NCBI GenBank assembly: GCA_013239625.1
Contig: MU053493.1
Coordinates: 1,001,793 to 1,065,792 of the forward strand
Direction of reading: 5' to 3'
Origin: Lama guanicoe
Lineage: Eukaryota
DNA length: 64,000 bases
In this document: positions 11,207-24,335 of the stretch, one piece after another
Layout: every line of letters begins with the position of its first letter
Numbering within the stretch: the stretch's first letter is position 1
Notes under the pieces: model-generated
Told to the model about the DNA's origin: nothing
Database searches by the model: none
Seen by the model: the letters and a program-made list of their open reading frames with translations, nothing else
Made by a program: the position numbers and the translations under genes

Positions 11207-13524
11207 AAGATGAGGAACGAAATGGGACATTTCCCTTTTCAAATATTTCAACAAGAACACCACAGAAAAGGAAAAAAACAGGTATTTAAAGCAACCAAAG
11301 GGGCAGTAAGGAAGAGGAAGACAGATTAATATCCCGAGACCCCTTTGGAGGGTCAGGGGTCAGGCAATGGCTGGGTATGGGTGCAGCTTCTGCACCCATG
11401 CCTGAGGCAGGCACACGATCAGTCACTGGTGCTGAACTCAAGTAACCGGAGGAGTGTCCCACAGCAGCTGAACTTGAGTGTCTCCCTCTCTAAGCTGATT
11501 CTGGGATCAAATGCCCACACCTGGTGATTCCCTATTCTTGAGGACCTGCTCTCTGCGATGCAGATACGTGTGGGACGGGCAGGAGCTCTGAGGGTCATAT
11601 ACCAACATGCACCCTCCATGGAGCCTCCACAGGTCCCACCCTGACCCAGGAAAGGAGCTCTGCCCACAGCGCAACATGGCTGCCCTCAAGCTGCCCAGCC
11701 TGCACCAACTCCAAACCTGGGAACACAGCAGCAGAGCAATCTGACCATAACGTCCTCCCCTCGTGACACCAGGCAGGGCCACCTTGGACACCCGTAGGCT
11801 AAGAGGATGGCTGGAATGATGGACATCTGCCAAGAGAAAGCACTGTGATGCCTTCTCTCAGACTCCCAGTGCACACTTTATCACGGGGTCTAAGACGTCC
11901 TGAATAACCTGATTAAGCTTGGGTTCCCCAAACGGATTTATAGAACTCTTGTTTTTCTTTTCGTTTTTCTGTGAAATCAATAAATATTGAGCCCCCGTGG
12001 ATCTTCAGGCTCTAATTCTTTTCTTCCAGACTGGTAGAGAGCTAATAAATTACTGGCAGCCAGAAATACTTTGGCAATTCATTCTAACTTAATCACTGCG
12101 CAGTTTGAACACTTAGAAAGGCACCTCTCCCTCCCCCAGCCCAAAAGTCCATTTCCCATTTAATCCAGAGGATAATCAGATGCCCTGATCTCCACGAACA
12201 ATGAGGAGCTGAATAAACCAAATTCTGACTATTCACAGACCTCTTTTCTTTCTTCCGAGAAGCACAATGAAGTGACTCAAGCCATCAAGCACCCGACACC
12301 AATTACCAAGAAAAACGTTCCTCTGCCCAAATCAGCAGGGAATTACTTGGGAACTTTTTCATAATTCGGGTGATTCAACAGTTTGCATCAAGTTCCAAGG
12401 TAATGCCTTCTTTCATAAATGACCTTTTGTTAAGCATGAGCCACTTAATATGTCAGGGAAAATTTTTTCATCCTAAACTCCGGACTGGCCAGGAAGTAAG
12501 TGTTCAGTGCAGGGAAGGCCTGAGTTTGTATCTACACAACGTCTACAACTGAATGTCTATCCCCGCCACCTCCTAACCCCATGCTATCTATGACCATACC
12601 CTCACTGGTAGATCAAAATCAATCTGCTCCTACTTTTACATTCATTATCATCCAGAACAACAGTCAGTTTCTGTTCAGTTGAAAGAAGCAGTGACCTGAT
12701 CCTAGCTGGATTCCACAGAGAGGTTATTTCAGAGAATGATGAAGTAAGGAGAGACTCCCAGGGAAGGAGGGACCCCTCAACATCTCATGATGGGGCCCAC
12801 GAACTCTCCTGAGCTGCCAGGATGAGTCGATCTGGCCTCTTCTCACCTGCCAAAGGCACTTCCTAACGGCCCTGACCAACCACACGCCATGATACTCACC
12901 TACCCCTCTGCCCCCAGGAGGAGTTCCCCAAGATCCCACCTAAGCTGCTCCACCAGGAGTCTGAGGTCATCCCTCTGTTCTCACACATTCCCCGTATCTC
13001 TGACAGTGGCTGGTTCCATCAGAGAGGCTCCGGGGAAGGACGTGAAAACAACAGAAGAACACGGCTTGCCTTCTGGCTCTTGCTAACTGCATATAACCCG
13101 CTAAGAAGAATGAAAATCTTGCCCAAGAAACTCACAGATGAAGAGGAAAGACGTGTTACTACCAAGGCTATGAATATATACGGCTGCTTTGGCGGGAAGG
13201 GGAGAATCAGGCTTCCCAAAGATGCAACCAGGAAACAAGTGACAGATTGCTTCTCAATACAGGTGTCTTCCCTCATTTCACTGGAGTAATTCTCACATCA
13301 CATTTATAAATGTGACAAACAACTGCCAACGACTGCTACATTTCCACAGTCTGGGCTCTACCTCCTCTGGGTGTGGGCTTGTGGACTTTCCACCACAGAG
13401 AGTAGGAGATGATCCCGAGGAAACAAAGGAAGTGGCTCCCCTAACCATGGCCCTTTTCCTTAAATCTGTACTCAGCCAGAGGTGTGTGTCTGGACAATAA
13501 GCCAAATCACTTGTCAAGTATTTT

Positions 13525-13655
13525 ATTTGTTTATTCTGTTTTTGGTGAGAGGGAGGTGATTAGGTTTATTTACTTTTAGAGGAGGCACTGGGGATTGAAC
13601 CCAGGACCTGGAGCATGCTAAGCATGTGCTCTATCACTTGAGCTGTACCCTCCCC
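13525..13655 (-). mobile_element. tRNA-derived SINE (Vic-1-like)
   Basis: Reverse complement of SINE head (ctggggattgaacccaggacc...agctgtaccctcccc); TSD-like tgt(c/t)aagtatttta. Confidence 0.88.
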
Positions 13656-15049
13656 ATTGCCTGTTAAGTATTTTAAAATGATGAGCCATGAGGGTAGTGT
13701 GAAACTCACAGTCTCTAACACTTTGAGTCGATGTAAAATAGCATGTATTTCCTTCAGGGCAACCTTCAAGTTACCTTCAAGACAAAAGACTTTAAAGAAA
13801 ATATATTAATATTTTGGGCTAATTCCATATCTAAGAAGTGACCCTAAAGAAAAAATCAGGCATCAGAATAAACATGGAAGTCCAAAGATACTATGTATAG
13901 TGCCAACAATATTATCCACAAGCTGACTGCCCAATAATCAACTATTTCATATCCACAAAAAAGAATACTTTGCAATTATCAAAACGTTTTCCAAGGAAAA
14001 GAATCATGGGGAAAATATAATAAAATATAAAATGGGAGAAAACTGTACTTATATCCTTACCCAATCTTTTAAAGAGTTGCTTCAGTTCTATTCATGATCC
14101 TCATATTTCTCATCCCCTGTTTAGACATGAATATGATCTATTTCAATACTGAACTTCCCTGTGAAATGTTCCCTTATGCCCAGTCGGCTTTACTAAGAAT
14201 TACTCGACTTCGCTAAGTAAAATGTATGCAGGATGTGATACGGACCTTAATATACACATTACTATAGGAGTTATGATTTTAAATACATTATTTCGTTTTG
14301 TGTGGATAGATATATTTTGATCTATCATACAATTTTAAGTGCTCATTTCAAGAGCAATAAAAGTATGAGTTCCAGGAAGACAGAGGAGATATAATTTTTC
14401 CTATTCCTATCATTAAATCCGACTAAAAGCAGTTAACCCCACCCCCCGGACATTGCATATAAAGCAAACATAAGAAGACTCAGGAAAGGTATAAAGGAGA
14501 CCTCGTGACCCAAGGGACAGCACTGCTGTGAACTTCCTGGGTTTTCTTTTTGATGTATATGTTCCAGACTTAGAGACAAAGAAACTCTCTCACACACATA
14601 CACGAGTATATATATAGTTCCCCCCAAAAGCCTGCTATCTCTAATCAAAGAGCCAGGGAACAAGCACCCTAGCAAGGTGTATTTTTATACAACAAATACT
14701 CTATCCAAACACCACAGGGAAAAAAGGTAGCCCTGTGATCACCCAGGTCCACCAGCAGCAGACTTGTCCCCCCTCCAGTCTGCAACAAGGCATCCTTACA
14801 CCCCCACCAGGGCTGTGTCAGAGGCGGCCAGTTTGGGAGCCATGACTTTGAGTTCACAAGCTATGTCCAGCCATGCTGTGAAGACCATGTTTTATGGAGC
14901 CTGGATTTCTACCCCCACCTGGCAGCAGAGAGACAGGAAACTTCTCCCCACCCCCCCATTTCCCCTTCCCCAATTCTTCTTCAATGGAATGATGTCACTG
15001 GACATCTAACAGAGAGTGAGGATTTTAACCACCGCCCAGCAGTAATGAG

Positions 15050-16440
15050 GGGACATACACACACACACAGTGTCAGTGAAGACCATGTGGAGAACAGTAA
15101 TGAGGTCCAGGGTGGTAGCAGGAGATGTAGTGGGGAGCAGGAGGAACCCCATCTTGACCCAGAAGTAAGGAAGAGCCGGTCCCTTCCCCTCCCAACATGG
15201 AAACAGAAGCTCAGTAGGGAATCTGGACTTCCACCCTCAGATGAAAGTAACAAGGCAGTGCCCCCCTCTTCCTCTGCTGGAGCCGTGCCAGAGAAAGCAG
15301 CTACACTGAAAGTTCAACAAAGACCCAGAGCCTCGGAACAAAGTAAGTAAAGTGTTTAGGTTCCTACTGAAAGTCACTCAGGAAGATCTCAAACTGAATT
15401 TAAAAAGACAATCCATAGATGTCAACGACAAGATGACAACCCAAAGATGTTACAATTATCTGATAAAGGTTTGAAGGAAGACATCAAACACGTGCTTCAA
15501 AAAGCAACCACAAACATGATCAAAATAACTGGAAAAACAGAAAGTCTCTGCAGAGAAGCAGAAGCGATAAAGGAGACTCAAATGGAAGTTCTAGGGCTGA
15601 AAAACAAAACAAACTAAATAAAAACTAAGCAGAAGGGTCCCGCAGCAGAACGGGGAAAGAATGATGGAACTGTGAGATGGAACAATAGAAATTTCCCAAT
15701 TTGAAAAACAGAGAGAAAAAAAAACTGAAAAAAGAAAAAAATGAACAGAGCCTCAGGGACCTATGGGAATAAAATAAAATATCTAATAATTGTATAACTG
15801 GAGTCTTGGATGAAAAAGAAGGTGGAACTAAAAAAGTGCATGAAGAAATAATGGCTGACACTTTCAAAATTTGACAAGAGGAGCAATCTATAGATTTAAG
15901 AAAGAGAAAGAAAATTACGACATGAGATCACTCATATGTGGAATCTTAAAGAAAAAAAAGAACATAAATACAAAACAGAAATAGACTCACAGATACAGAA
16001 TACAAACTTGTGGTTGCCAAGGTGGGGGGGTGGGAAGGGACAGACTGGGAGTTCGAAATTTGTATACTGACAGGCATATGCAGAATAGATAAACAAGATT
16101 ATACTGTATAGCACAGGGAAATAAATACAACATCTTGTAGAAGCTCACAGCGAAAAAAATGTGACAATGAATATACGTATGTTCATGTATAACTGAAAAA
16201 CGGTGCCTTACACTGGAAATTGACACAACATTGTAAAATGACTAGAACTCAATAAAAAAAAAAAGTTTAAAAAAAGAAAGTGACCAAGCCACAAACAAGA
16301 TAAATCTAAAGAAATCCCTACTAAGACACATCACAAATTCCCAAAAGCTAAAAAAAAAATGAAAAAAAAACTTTACAGCAAAAGAAAAATAATACTTTAT
16401 GTATGAGACAAAAGCAATTCAAATGACAGCATATTTACAC
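15050..16440 (+). mobile_element. Old L1 5'/ORF1 fragment (host of nested L1 at 15905)
   Basis: gaacagagcctcagggacctatggga, gaagaaataatggctga ORF1 motifs. Confidence 0.65.
15905..16273 (+). mobile_element. Young lineage-specific L1 3' end nested in old L1
   Basis: tcactcatatgtggaatc...agctcacagcgaaaaaaatgtgacaatg...caataaaaa, poly(A); short TSD aagaaag. Confidence 0.88.
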
Positions 16441-16904
16441 CTCGGAATCTAAAGAGTGTCTCTTACAGACACGTACAGTCAGATCTTTTATTTTTTTCAC
16501 TCTTTCTGTCAATCTCTTTCAATTGGAATGTTTAACTATTTAAATTTAACATAATTTCTGATAAAAGTAGGCTTTACACCCACCATTTGGCTATTTGTTT
16601 TCAATATATCTTGTGTGGGTCCCTCTACCTTAATCCTTCTTTCACTGTCTTCTGATTTGTTAAATAAAAACTTTCTAATGTCCTTGTCATTCCATTTATC
16701 ATATTTTTTGAGCTATTTTTCCTGGGGATTACAATTAACAACTTCTTACAATCCTGTTTGGATTGATATGCTACAAAACTTTGCCCCTCTCCCCTTTCTT
16801 TATGCCGTACAAACTTTATATACTGCAAGCACATCAACACATATTTACAATGACTGCTTTACATAGTTGTCTTTCAAATCAAATAGGAAGGAAAAAGTGA
16901 TAAA

Positions 16905-17135
16905 CAAAATTTTGAGATTTGCAAATACTAACTACTATATATAAAACAGATAAACAGCAAGGTCCCACTGTACAGCACAGGGAACTACGTTCAGTACCTT
17001 GTAATAGCCTATAATGAAAAAGAACATGAAAAGGAATATATATATGTATGTGTATGAGTGACTGAATCACTGTGCTGTACACCAGAAATTAACACAATAT
17101 TGTAAACCAACTACACTTCAGTTAAAAAATAAAAA
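16905..17135 (+). mobile_element. Lineage-specific L1 3' end
   Basis: acagcacagggaactacgttcagtaccttgtaatagcc...actacacttcagttaaaaaa. Confidence 0.85.
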
Positions 17136-17154
17136 ATAGAAGAATATATTTTTT

Positions 17155-17835
17155 TCTTTGTCCCAGATTCCTGACATGACAGGAAGCTTCAAAAATGCTT
17201 GGAATTTACTGATAAAAAGGTCTCCATTATACTAATAAAGTAACTCATGGCAGGGATTACCCTGACAAGCTCCAGGATGGGTGGTGGTCATCAGAAAAAC
17301 CCTCAGTGAGATTAGAGAGGTGGAACTTCCAGCTCAGCCTCCAGGAAGGGGAGGGAGTTCAATAATGTGGCCAATAATCTAATAATCAGTCATGTCTACA
17401 AAATGGAATTTCAATAAAAACTCTAGACAGCAAAGCTTGGGAGAGCTTCCTGGCTGCAGAACACAGCCATATACCAGGAGGCTGCACATCCCAGGCTCCC
17501 GTGCGTGGACCCTCCTTGACCTTGCCCTACATGCCTCTTCATCTCACTGCTCATTTGTACCCTTTATAAAAATTATAATTGTAAGTATAGAATTTTTATA
17601 AGTTGTGTGAGTTGCCTGGGGTTTGGGAAAGCCTCAAATTTGCAGTCAGCCAGACAACTAGACAGAAGTGCAGACAGACAGATGGGCAGACAGACTGAAG
17701 ACCCCACTTGGCTGGCGTCTGAAGCAAGAGTGTCTTGCTGGGAATCGTGCTCTTGATCTCATAGGGTCTGATGCTAACACAGAGCAGTTAAGGTCAGAAC
17801 TGAGTTGCAGGACACCCAATTGGTGTCAGAGGTTT
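17155..17835 (+). mobile_element. ERV LTR, MER21-like
   Basis: Matches recalled MER21 motifs (ctttgtcccagattcctg, caggatgggtggtggtcatcagaaa, caggacacccaattggtgtcaga). Confidence 0.7.
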
Positions 17836-18809
17836 GCTGACAGAATTCAAGAGGGAAAGAAAATGCCAGTTCAACAGCTGAGCAGCAGACCCAGGGATCA
17901 GCCAATTTAGTTACAAGCAGAAAGACAAAATGCCTCAAAAGGTATGATTCTAAAAACGTGGACGATACAAAACCACGTGTGTCTGAACAGAAGGAGAGCA
18001 ACGTACACTTCTGCTGAAAAGCTTGGGGACAAAACAAGGATTGTTACATGAAAAAAGTCAACAACTGGGAAAAGATCATAGTATTAATTCTGAGGAAGAA
18101 GAAAAAGTTATTCTAGAAAATAAATATAGCCCGCTACTTGGCTCCTATGAATAGGAACTTCCTAACTATTTTAATATACACACGGCATATTAATTTAACC
18201 AAAAAAGATGATGTAATTTCATGGGGAGAATGTGGCAAGAAAATAGAAAGTGTGTTATTTATCTGGTGGTGGTGTGGCGAATGGAGAACAAAATCCTCAG
18301 CTTCAGTATCAGGAAGTTATTAACCATTAAAAAGCCATCAGCATTTTATTTACTTTTACTATAAGCACTTTATTTAGAGATACAGAGGAAGATCTCAAAG
18401 ACACAGATAAGAGCTGGAATCAGTTGTTTCCAGGAAATGTAAACAGAGGCAGAGACATAAATAAACCTTACAGAACTACGTCAGTGTTTAACCTCTGTGC
18501 AAGAATGACACTCACAAGAATGCAGATTTTTAGAAAGTACCACCACTCAAATAGCACCGTGACGTTGTCACAGGAAGCACTACATCATAGTTTAAGGGAC
18601 AGGATTCGAGAAGTGTGATGGTGTCCTTGAGCTCACACAACTGTGGACGGTTGGACCTCAGTCTTTTATGATCCCAAGTCTTGTGTCTCTTTCTCAATCT
18701 TCCTAGTAGCAACTTGTAATAAGCAAAGTGTTTAGATATGACAGGAGTGAAAAAGATTAACTCTGATTGTAGGGGACTGGAAAATCTCTCTACAGAAAGT
18801 GTCATTTGA

Positions 18810-18892
18810 GGGATGGGTGTAGCTCAGTGGTATAGAATGTGCTTAGTATGTACAAGGTCCAGGGTTCAATCCCCAGTACCTTCATATAAAAA
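18810..18892 (+). mobile_element. Short tRNA-derived SINE
   Basis: gtagctcagtggtatag...gggttcaatccccagtacc plus A tail; TSD-like aaagt(gt/ac)catttga. Confidence 0.85.
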
Positions 18893-19481
18893 AAAGTACC
18901 ATTTGAACTCAGCTCTGAACCATCTCAGGCTGCTCCCCACATGCAGGGAAAGTGCCTGGACCATATCCCTTCTTCCTCTCCTGCCCATCACCTGGCTTCT
19001 GGTCTGGGATGGGTGAAGAATGGGGTGAAGGATGGAGGTAACTCAGTCTACCCGCCGCACAATCCAGATGGCGGTCAGGTGAGCTCACGACAGTCTGCTG
19101 CCATCTGCGGTTTCTCAGTGCCCAGTGACTCCACTACGACAGCACCATGAACTGCACCAACTCTGGTGTGCAAACAACAGAATATGGGTGAATAACAGTG
19201 CCTTCTGCAGGGCTTCAGCAAGGATGGATTTGATCACATGCTTATAGCAGAGCCGGGTGTCAGTGTTGTCCACAGCCGTCACCCCTCTGATCTCACGATC
19301 CGTGCTGAGCATCCAGAGTCAGAGTTCCACAGCATCCCTCAGGATGCCCAGCACTGCCCATCACCTCCTGACATGTGTGCTCCATCCTTCCACTGGGCTC
19401 TGATGCCTCATTCAATACATTCTCAGCTCCGTGAAGCCACCCTTCCTCCCAGGCCAGCTGCAGGTGGCTTTCCGTGATGAG

Positions 19482-19992
19482 TGCATAAGTCAGGGTTCTC
19501 CAGAGAAACAGAACCAAGTGGATGTATATAAATACATAAAGAAGAAGAAGTTTACCATAAGAATTCGCTCACACAGTCGCAGAAGCCGCAAAGGTCTACA
19601 GTCTGCCATCCGCCAGCTGGAAAGTCAGGAAAGCTGGTGGTGTAGTTCAGCCTGAGCCCAGAGGCCAACAGTGGGAGTCCCCCCAGGACTGTGAACCTGG
19701 AAGGCCCAAGAACCAACAGCTCTGATGTCCAAGGGCAGGAGAAGACGGATGTCCCAGCTCAAGCAGAGGGAGCAAACTCACCCTTCCTCTGCCTTTTTGT
19801 TCTACTCAGGCCCTCGGTGAACTGACACGGCCCACCAGCAAGAGTAAAGGAAATCTTCTTTACTCAGTCTACCAGTTCAAATGCTCATCTTTTCCAGAAA
19901 CTCCCTAACAGGTACACCCAGAATTGGTGTTCTACCAGCTTTCTGGGCATCTCCCAGCCCAGTCAAGTGGACACACAGAATTAAGCATCACC
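19482..19992 (-). mobile_element. ERVL LTR (MLT2-like)
   Basis: agtcagggttctccagagaaacagaacca ... cccagtcaagtggacacacagaattaagcatcac, typical MLT2 termini. Confidence 0.8.
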
Positions 19993-20482
19993 ATGAGCCC
20001 CTATTGGGGTAAAGTACAGCGCTGTGTCCATTGTTAACATCCACCTGCTGGAGCTATTCCCCATCTGTTTATCTGTTTGTCTATTTTTGCCTTTCTGAGT
20101 CCCCCTTTTTTTTTAATGCCATGTAAACTCTAGCTCAAATTTTACTTAAAAACAATTTTTATTGAAGTATAGTCAATTTAAGTTCTTATAAGTCTTCTCT
20201 TGAAAAGTGGCACATGGCTAGGACTTTTAAAACTGAATCTGGATTGCTGTTTTTAAATAGGCACATGTACCCCGTTCATGACAGTGATTATGAATGAGAG
20301 AATGGGGCTTGCTTCTGTCATCGTCCTGTGCTGCTGTTTCCCCCAGTATTCTGTTGTGTTTCTTAAAACTGTTTCTAAATATTACTGGAGCGTTCAAGTT
20401 TCTTAGCTTTGATTTCAAGACCTGAAACTTTTATAACCTCATTCCACTCTTATAGAAGTTTTGTAAAATTTTTGAAAACACG

Positions 20483-20488
<6 letters not shown>

Positions 20489-20566
<78 letters not shown>
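20489..20566. repeat. Compound (TA)n(CA)n(GA)n microsatellite
   Basis: Three perfect adjacent dinucleotide runs. Confidence 0.97.
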
Positions 20567-20568
<2 letters not shown>

Positions 20569-20844
20569 AATACACATATTTGGGCTAATGATTGCTATTA
20601 ACATTTCAGGGAGGGTTGTTGTTTGATGGTTAATTAGGCTTGATGGAAATTTCCTATGATCTCTGACTAGTTCTTCTTACACCCCACTTACTTTGCTTAA
20701 GGTCTGTTTTTCTTTTTGCGTATCTGGAATACATTACCTAGCAATTCTTTCAGATAATCTGCGGGTGGTAAATTCTGGATCCTTGCATATTTGAAAACTT
20801 TGTTTTTCTACTTGACTTTGAGGAGATTTGGGAGATAATAGTTT

Positions 20845-21147
20845 CTCAGACTCACAGACAGTAAACAAACCTGTGGTCATCAGGGGAGAGAGGGGGTGGG
20901 AAGGGATAAATCAGGAGTTCGAGAATTCCTAATATTAACTACTAAATATAAAATAGATGAAAACCAGATTTCTTCTGTATGGCACAGGGAACTATACGCA
21001 GTACCTTACAGTATCTCATGAAAAAGAGTATTAAAATGAATATATATAAGTATATGTATGACTGAAACATGATGCTGCTCACCAGAAATTGACACATTAT
21101 AAACTGACTATACTACAATAAATAAAATAAAATAAAACAAAATAAAG
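20845..21147 (+). mobile_element. Lineage-specific L1 3' end
   Basis: cagactcacagac...gcacagggaactatac...(AAAAT)n tail. Confidence 0.85.
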
Positions 21148-21704
21148 TAATCAGTTTCTCATCTGAGCTATGACATTATAACCCACTCTCTTCTCAAATC
21201 CGAATTTCCTAATAAGACCACAGATGTCATTTTGGTAATTATTCTATGGCAAATGATTTTCCTCTGTTGTAGGTGAATTTAAGATTTTTTTTCTTATCCT
21301 TAGTACACTGAAATTGAAATACTCAGTGTGTCTTTTACATCTAAGTTTTCAGGTCTTCCTTGACCTCAACAAGCTTCTTTAAAAAGACGATTTCTTTATA
21401 TTTTTACTTTCCCATCTGCTCAGTTATCTCTTTCTGAGATAACTACTAGAGTCAAGTCAGAACTTATTACAATGCCTACTGTCAATCAGCGGTTTCCAAA
21501 GGCAGTTCCCACTGAAGGATTTCTTGATAAAGCAGATTCAGGCCTGGAGTGGGAGGTACAGGACAGACTCGGGACATCGTTTTATTTTCTTCTGGAAAAC
21601 AGAGCATCTATCAAAGATCAAGGGGACCATACCAAAGGGACACAGGAATCAACCTGATAATCTGAGCATCAGAAACGATAACTTGAATGAAATAAGATAT
21701 GTGT

Positions 21705-21985
21705 GGGAGGAAGGTACCAGCTCAGTGGTAGAGCACATGCTTAGCATGCAGGAGGTCCTGGGTTCAATCCGCAGTACCACCATCAAAGTAAATAAATAAA
21801 TAAAAAAAAACACTAATTACTTCCCCTTCAAAAAAAAACCCAAAATGAAAAAATAATTTTTTTTAAATCTTTAAACTGCTTTTAAAAGAGGAGGGGAAGG
21901 AAGGTATATAGTTCAGTGGTAGAGCATGTGCTTAGCATGCACAAAGTCCTGGGTTCAATCCCCAGGATCTCCATTAAAAAAAAAG
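21705..21985 (+). mobile_element. Two adjacent head-to-tail tRNA-derived SINEs
   Basis: Heads at ~21705 and ~21893, each with cagtggtagagc...cctgggttcaatcc. Confidence 0.85.
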
Positions 21986-23537
21986 ACACATCAAATATCC
22001 AAAGCCCGCAAATAATTCAAAATAATAATTAAATCGCATTGGTCATCTATTCAAGTATCTTGGACACTGCATAATATATTTAAAAATTGAAAAGCAAACA
22101 AGCAAAATACCGCCAAACAAAAAATATGAGGAAAGCCTGGAATCAAGTCCCCAAATCTTCCCTGCCTAGACAAGAATGGTCATGATAATATAACACCTAG
22201 TTCATGTGATCAAAGAAGCAGCAAAAAGCAGGTGTATGAAAGTGTCTGAAAACTTTAAAGTTATGCACATCTTAGATGATGCCACTTGAGGGCTCTTTTC
22301 AATAACAGACATTGATGTACACCTAAAAAGCTACCTATCGACAAGGGAGACAGGCCCTGAACCATGCTCAGCCCAGGTCCACACCCACAGCCCTTTCCAG
22401 GTCTCCTGCGGACGTGATGGCAAACCCAGAAGAAGACCCATTTTCCTCCAGAAGCATATCATTTCTGAAACAGGTGCAACCTTTCCAATCCAGACCAAGC
22501 TACACCATGTAGCCCATCATTCTGTTCATTGCCTCTATCTGAGATGAAGTTTCAAGCACTTTAAAAGCACTTCTCTTTAATTCTGTGTAATTTTTAAGTG
22601 ATATCTGAAAAAGCAAAATGCGGGGAGCCAGTGGAAAGCTGGTTTGTGATGAGATGTCAATGACCTGCTGCTCCGTGGATGCAAACCACCTCCAGGAAGG
22701 AAACACATTTCCTGTCATGAATATTCCCTTTCAGTTTTTAATTTAATCCACTGCCTGTAATTTTCCCTGTCCTGAACAATGCAGGTGCCATCTGTACAGT
22801 GTTGGTTTCATTCACGCTCAATGGTTATTGACAGAGGATCATCCTGGGCCACGGCCATCACACGAAATGCTCCACACATGGAACAAGAGGAAGGAGGGGA
22901 CCAACTGACATGCTGCCCTCCCTCCAAGGGAGAGGAGGTGAGGGGGGATGCCCTGCAGCTGGGGGCCGCCCCCTGGTCCAATTCCAGGTACCCAAAGCTG
23001 CCTTCAATGCCTCTCATCTCTGAGACCATGTGTCAATATAGACCCCCTCCCTGGAGTAAGGACTTTGAGAGAAAAGCCTTTCCTGCAGTTGCCGTTGCCT
23101 CTGGAGCTATAACCACAGGACCACTAACACAAAGGACAGGGATGCCTCAAAGCCAGATTCCCAGAGATTCTCCTGCTTAAATATCTACACTGCATGTGAT
23201 TTACCTAACTTAAAAATAAGAAAAGTATCTCCTGACAGCCAACTGTCTATAGGATGTGCCCCTGAAGACCAGCCAGCAGCATGTGTATGTCCCCAAGTAC
23301 CAGGATTCTATGGGCTCTGTCTATTTTTATCAATACCTGTTATTCTTTAGTTTTCATCGAGTAATTTTGTTGGTCATCAATCTACAGATATTTCAGGCAA
23401 ATACAAAACATCATCCTAAGTGATTCAGTCACCATTTGTTGAGTAACTAAAACATTTAATAAAAAAATCCAAAAGTAATGTTTTTGGTTTTTTAAAAAAA
23501 AAAGCTTGTAAAGAAGTTTTTAAAATGTTTTGTTCTT

Positions 23538-24208
23538 CAGTATGGAGATTCCTCAAAAGACTAGGAATATACTTACCATATGACCCAGGAATCCTGCTCC
23601 TGAGCTTTTATCCAGAAGGAACCCTACTTCAGGATGACACCTGCACCCCAATGTTCATAGCAGCACTATTTACAATAGCCAAGACACGGAAACAGCCTAA
23701 ATGTCCATCAATGGATGACTGGATAAAGAAGAAGTGGTATATTTATACAATGGAATACTATTCAGCCATAAAAACCGACAACATAACGCCATTTACAGCA
23801 ACATGGGTGCTCCTGGAGAATGTCATTCTAAGTGAAGTAAGCCAGAAAGAGAAAGAAAAATACCATATGAGATCGCTCATGTGTGGAATCTAAAAAACAA
23901 AAACAAAAAAACAAAGCATAAATACAAAGCAGAAATAGATTCATAGACATAGAATACAAACTTGTGGTTGCCAAGGGGGCAGAGGGTGGGACGGGACAGA
24001 CGGGATTTCAAAATTGTAGAATAGATAAACAAGATTATACTGTATAGCACAGGGAAATATACACAAGATCTTATAGTAGCTCACAGAGAAAAAAATGTGA
24101 CAATGAATATATATATATGTTCATGTATAACTGAAAAATTGTGCTCTACACTGGAATTTGACACAACATTGTAAAATGATTAAAAATCAATAAAAATTTT
24201 TAAAAAAA
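23538..24208 (+). mobile_element. Young L1, 5'-truncated, ORF2 C-terminus still open
   Basis: ORF 23525-23893 is an uninterrupted L1 ORF2 C-terminus; TSD gttttgttctt (23527-23537 / 24209-24219). Confidence 0.93.
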
Positions 24209-24246
24209 GTTTTGTTCTTAAGTGTTTTAAAACTTTTGATCAATTA

Positions 24247-24335
24247 ATTTTTTTTTAATGGAGGTACTGGAGATTGAACCCAGGACCTCTCACATGTTAA
24301 CCGCGTGCTCTACCATGGAGCTGTACCCACCCTCC
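24247..24335 (-). mobile_element. tRNA-derived SINE
   Basis: ttttaatggaggtactggagattgaacccaggacc. Confidence 0.85.

Noticed and set aside
23525..23893. 122-aa ORF as a host gene
   Set aside because: It is the L1 ORF2 C-terminus of a 5'-truncated insertion.
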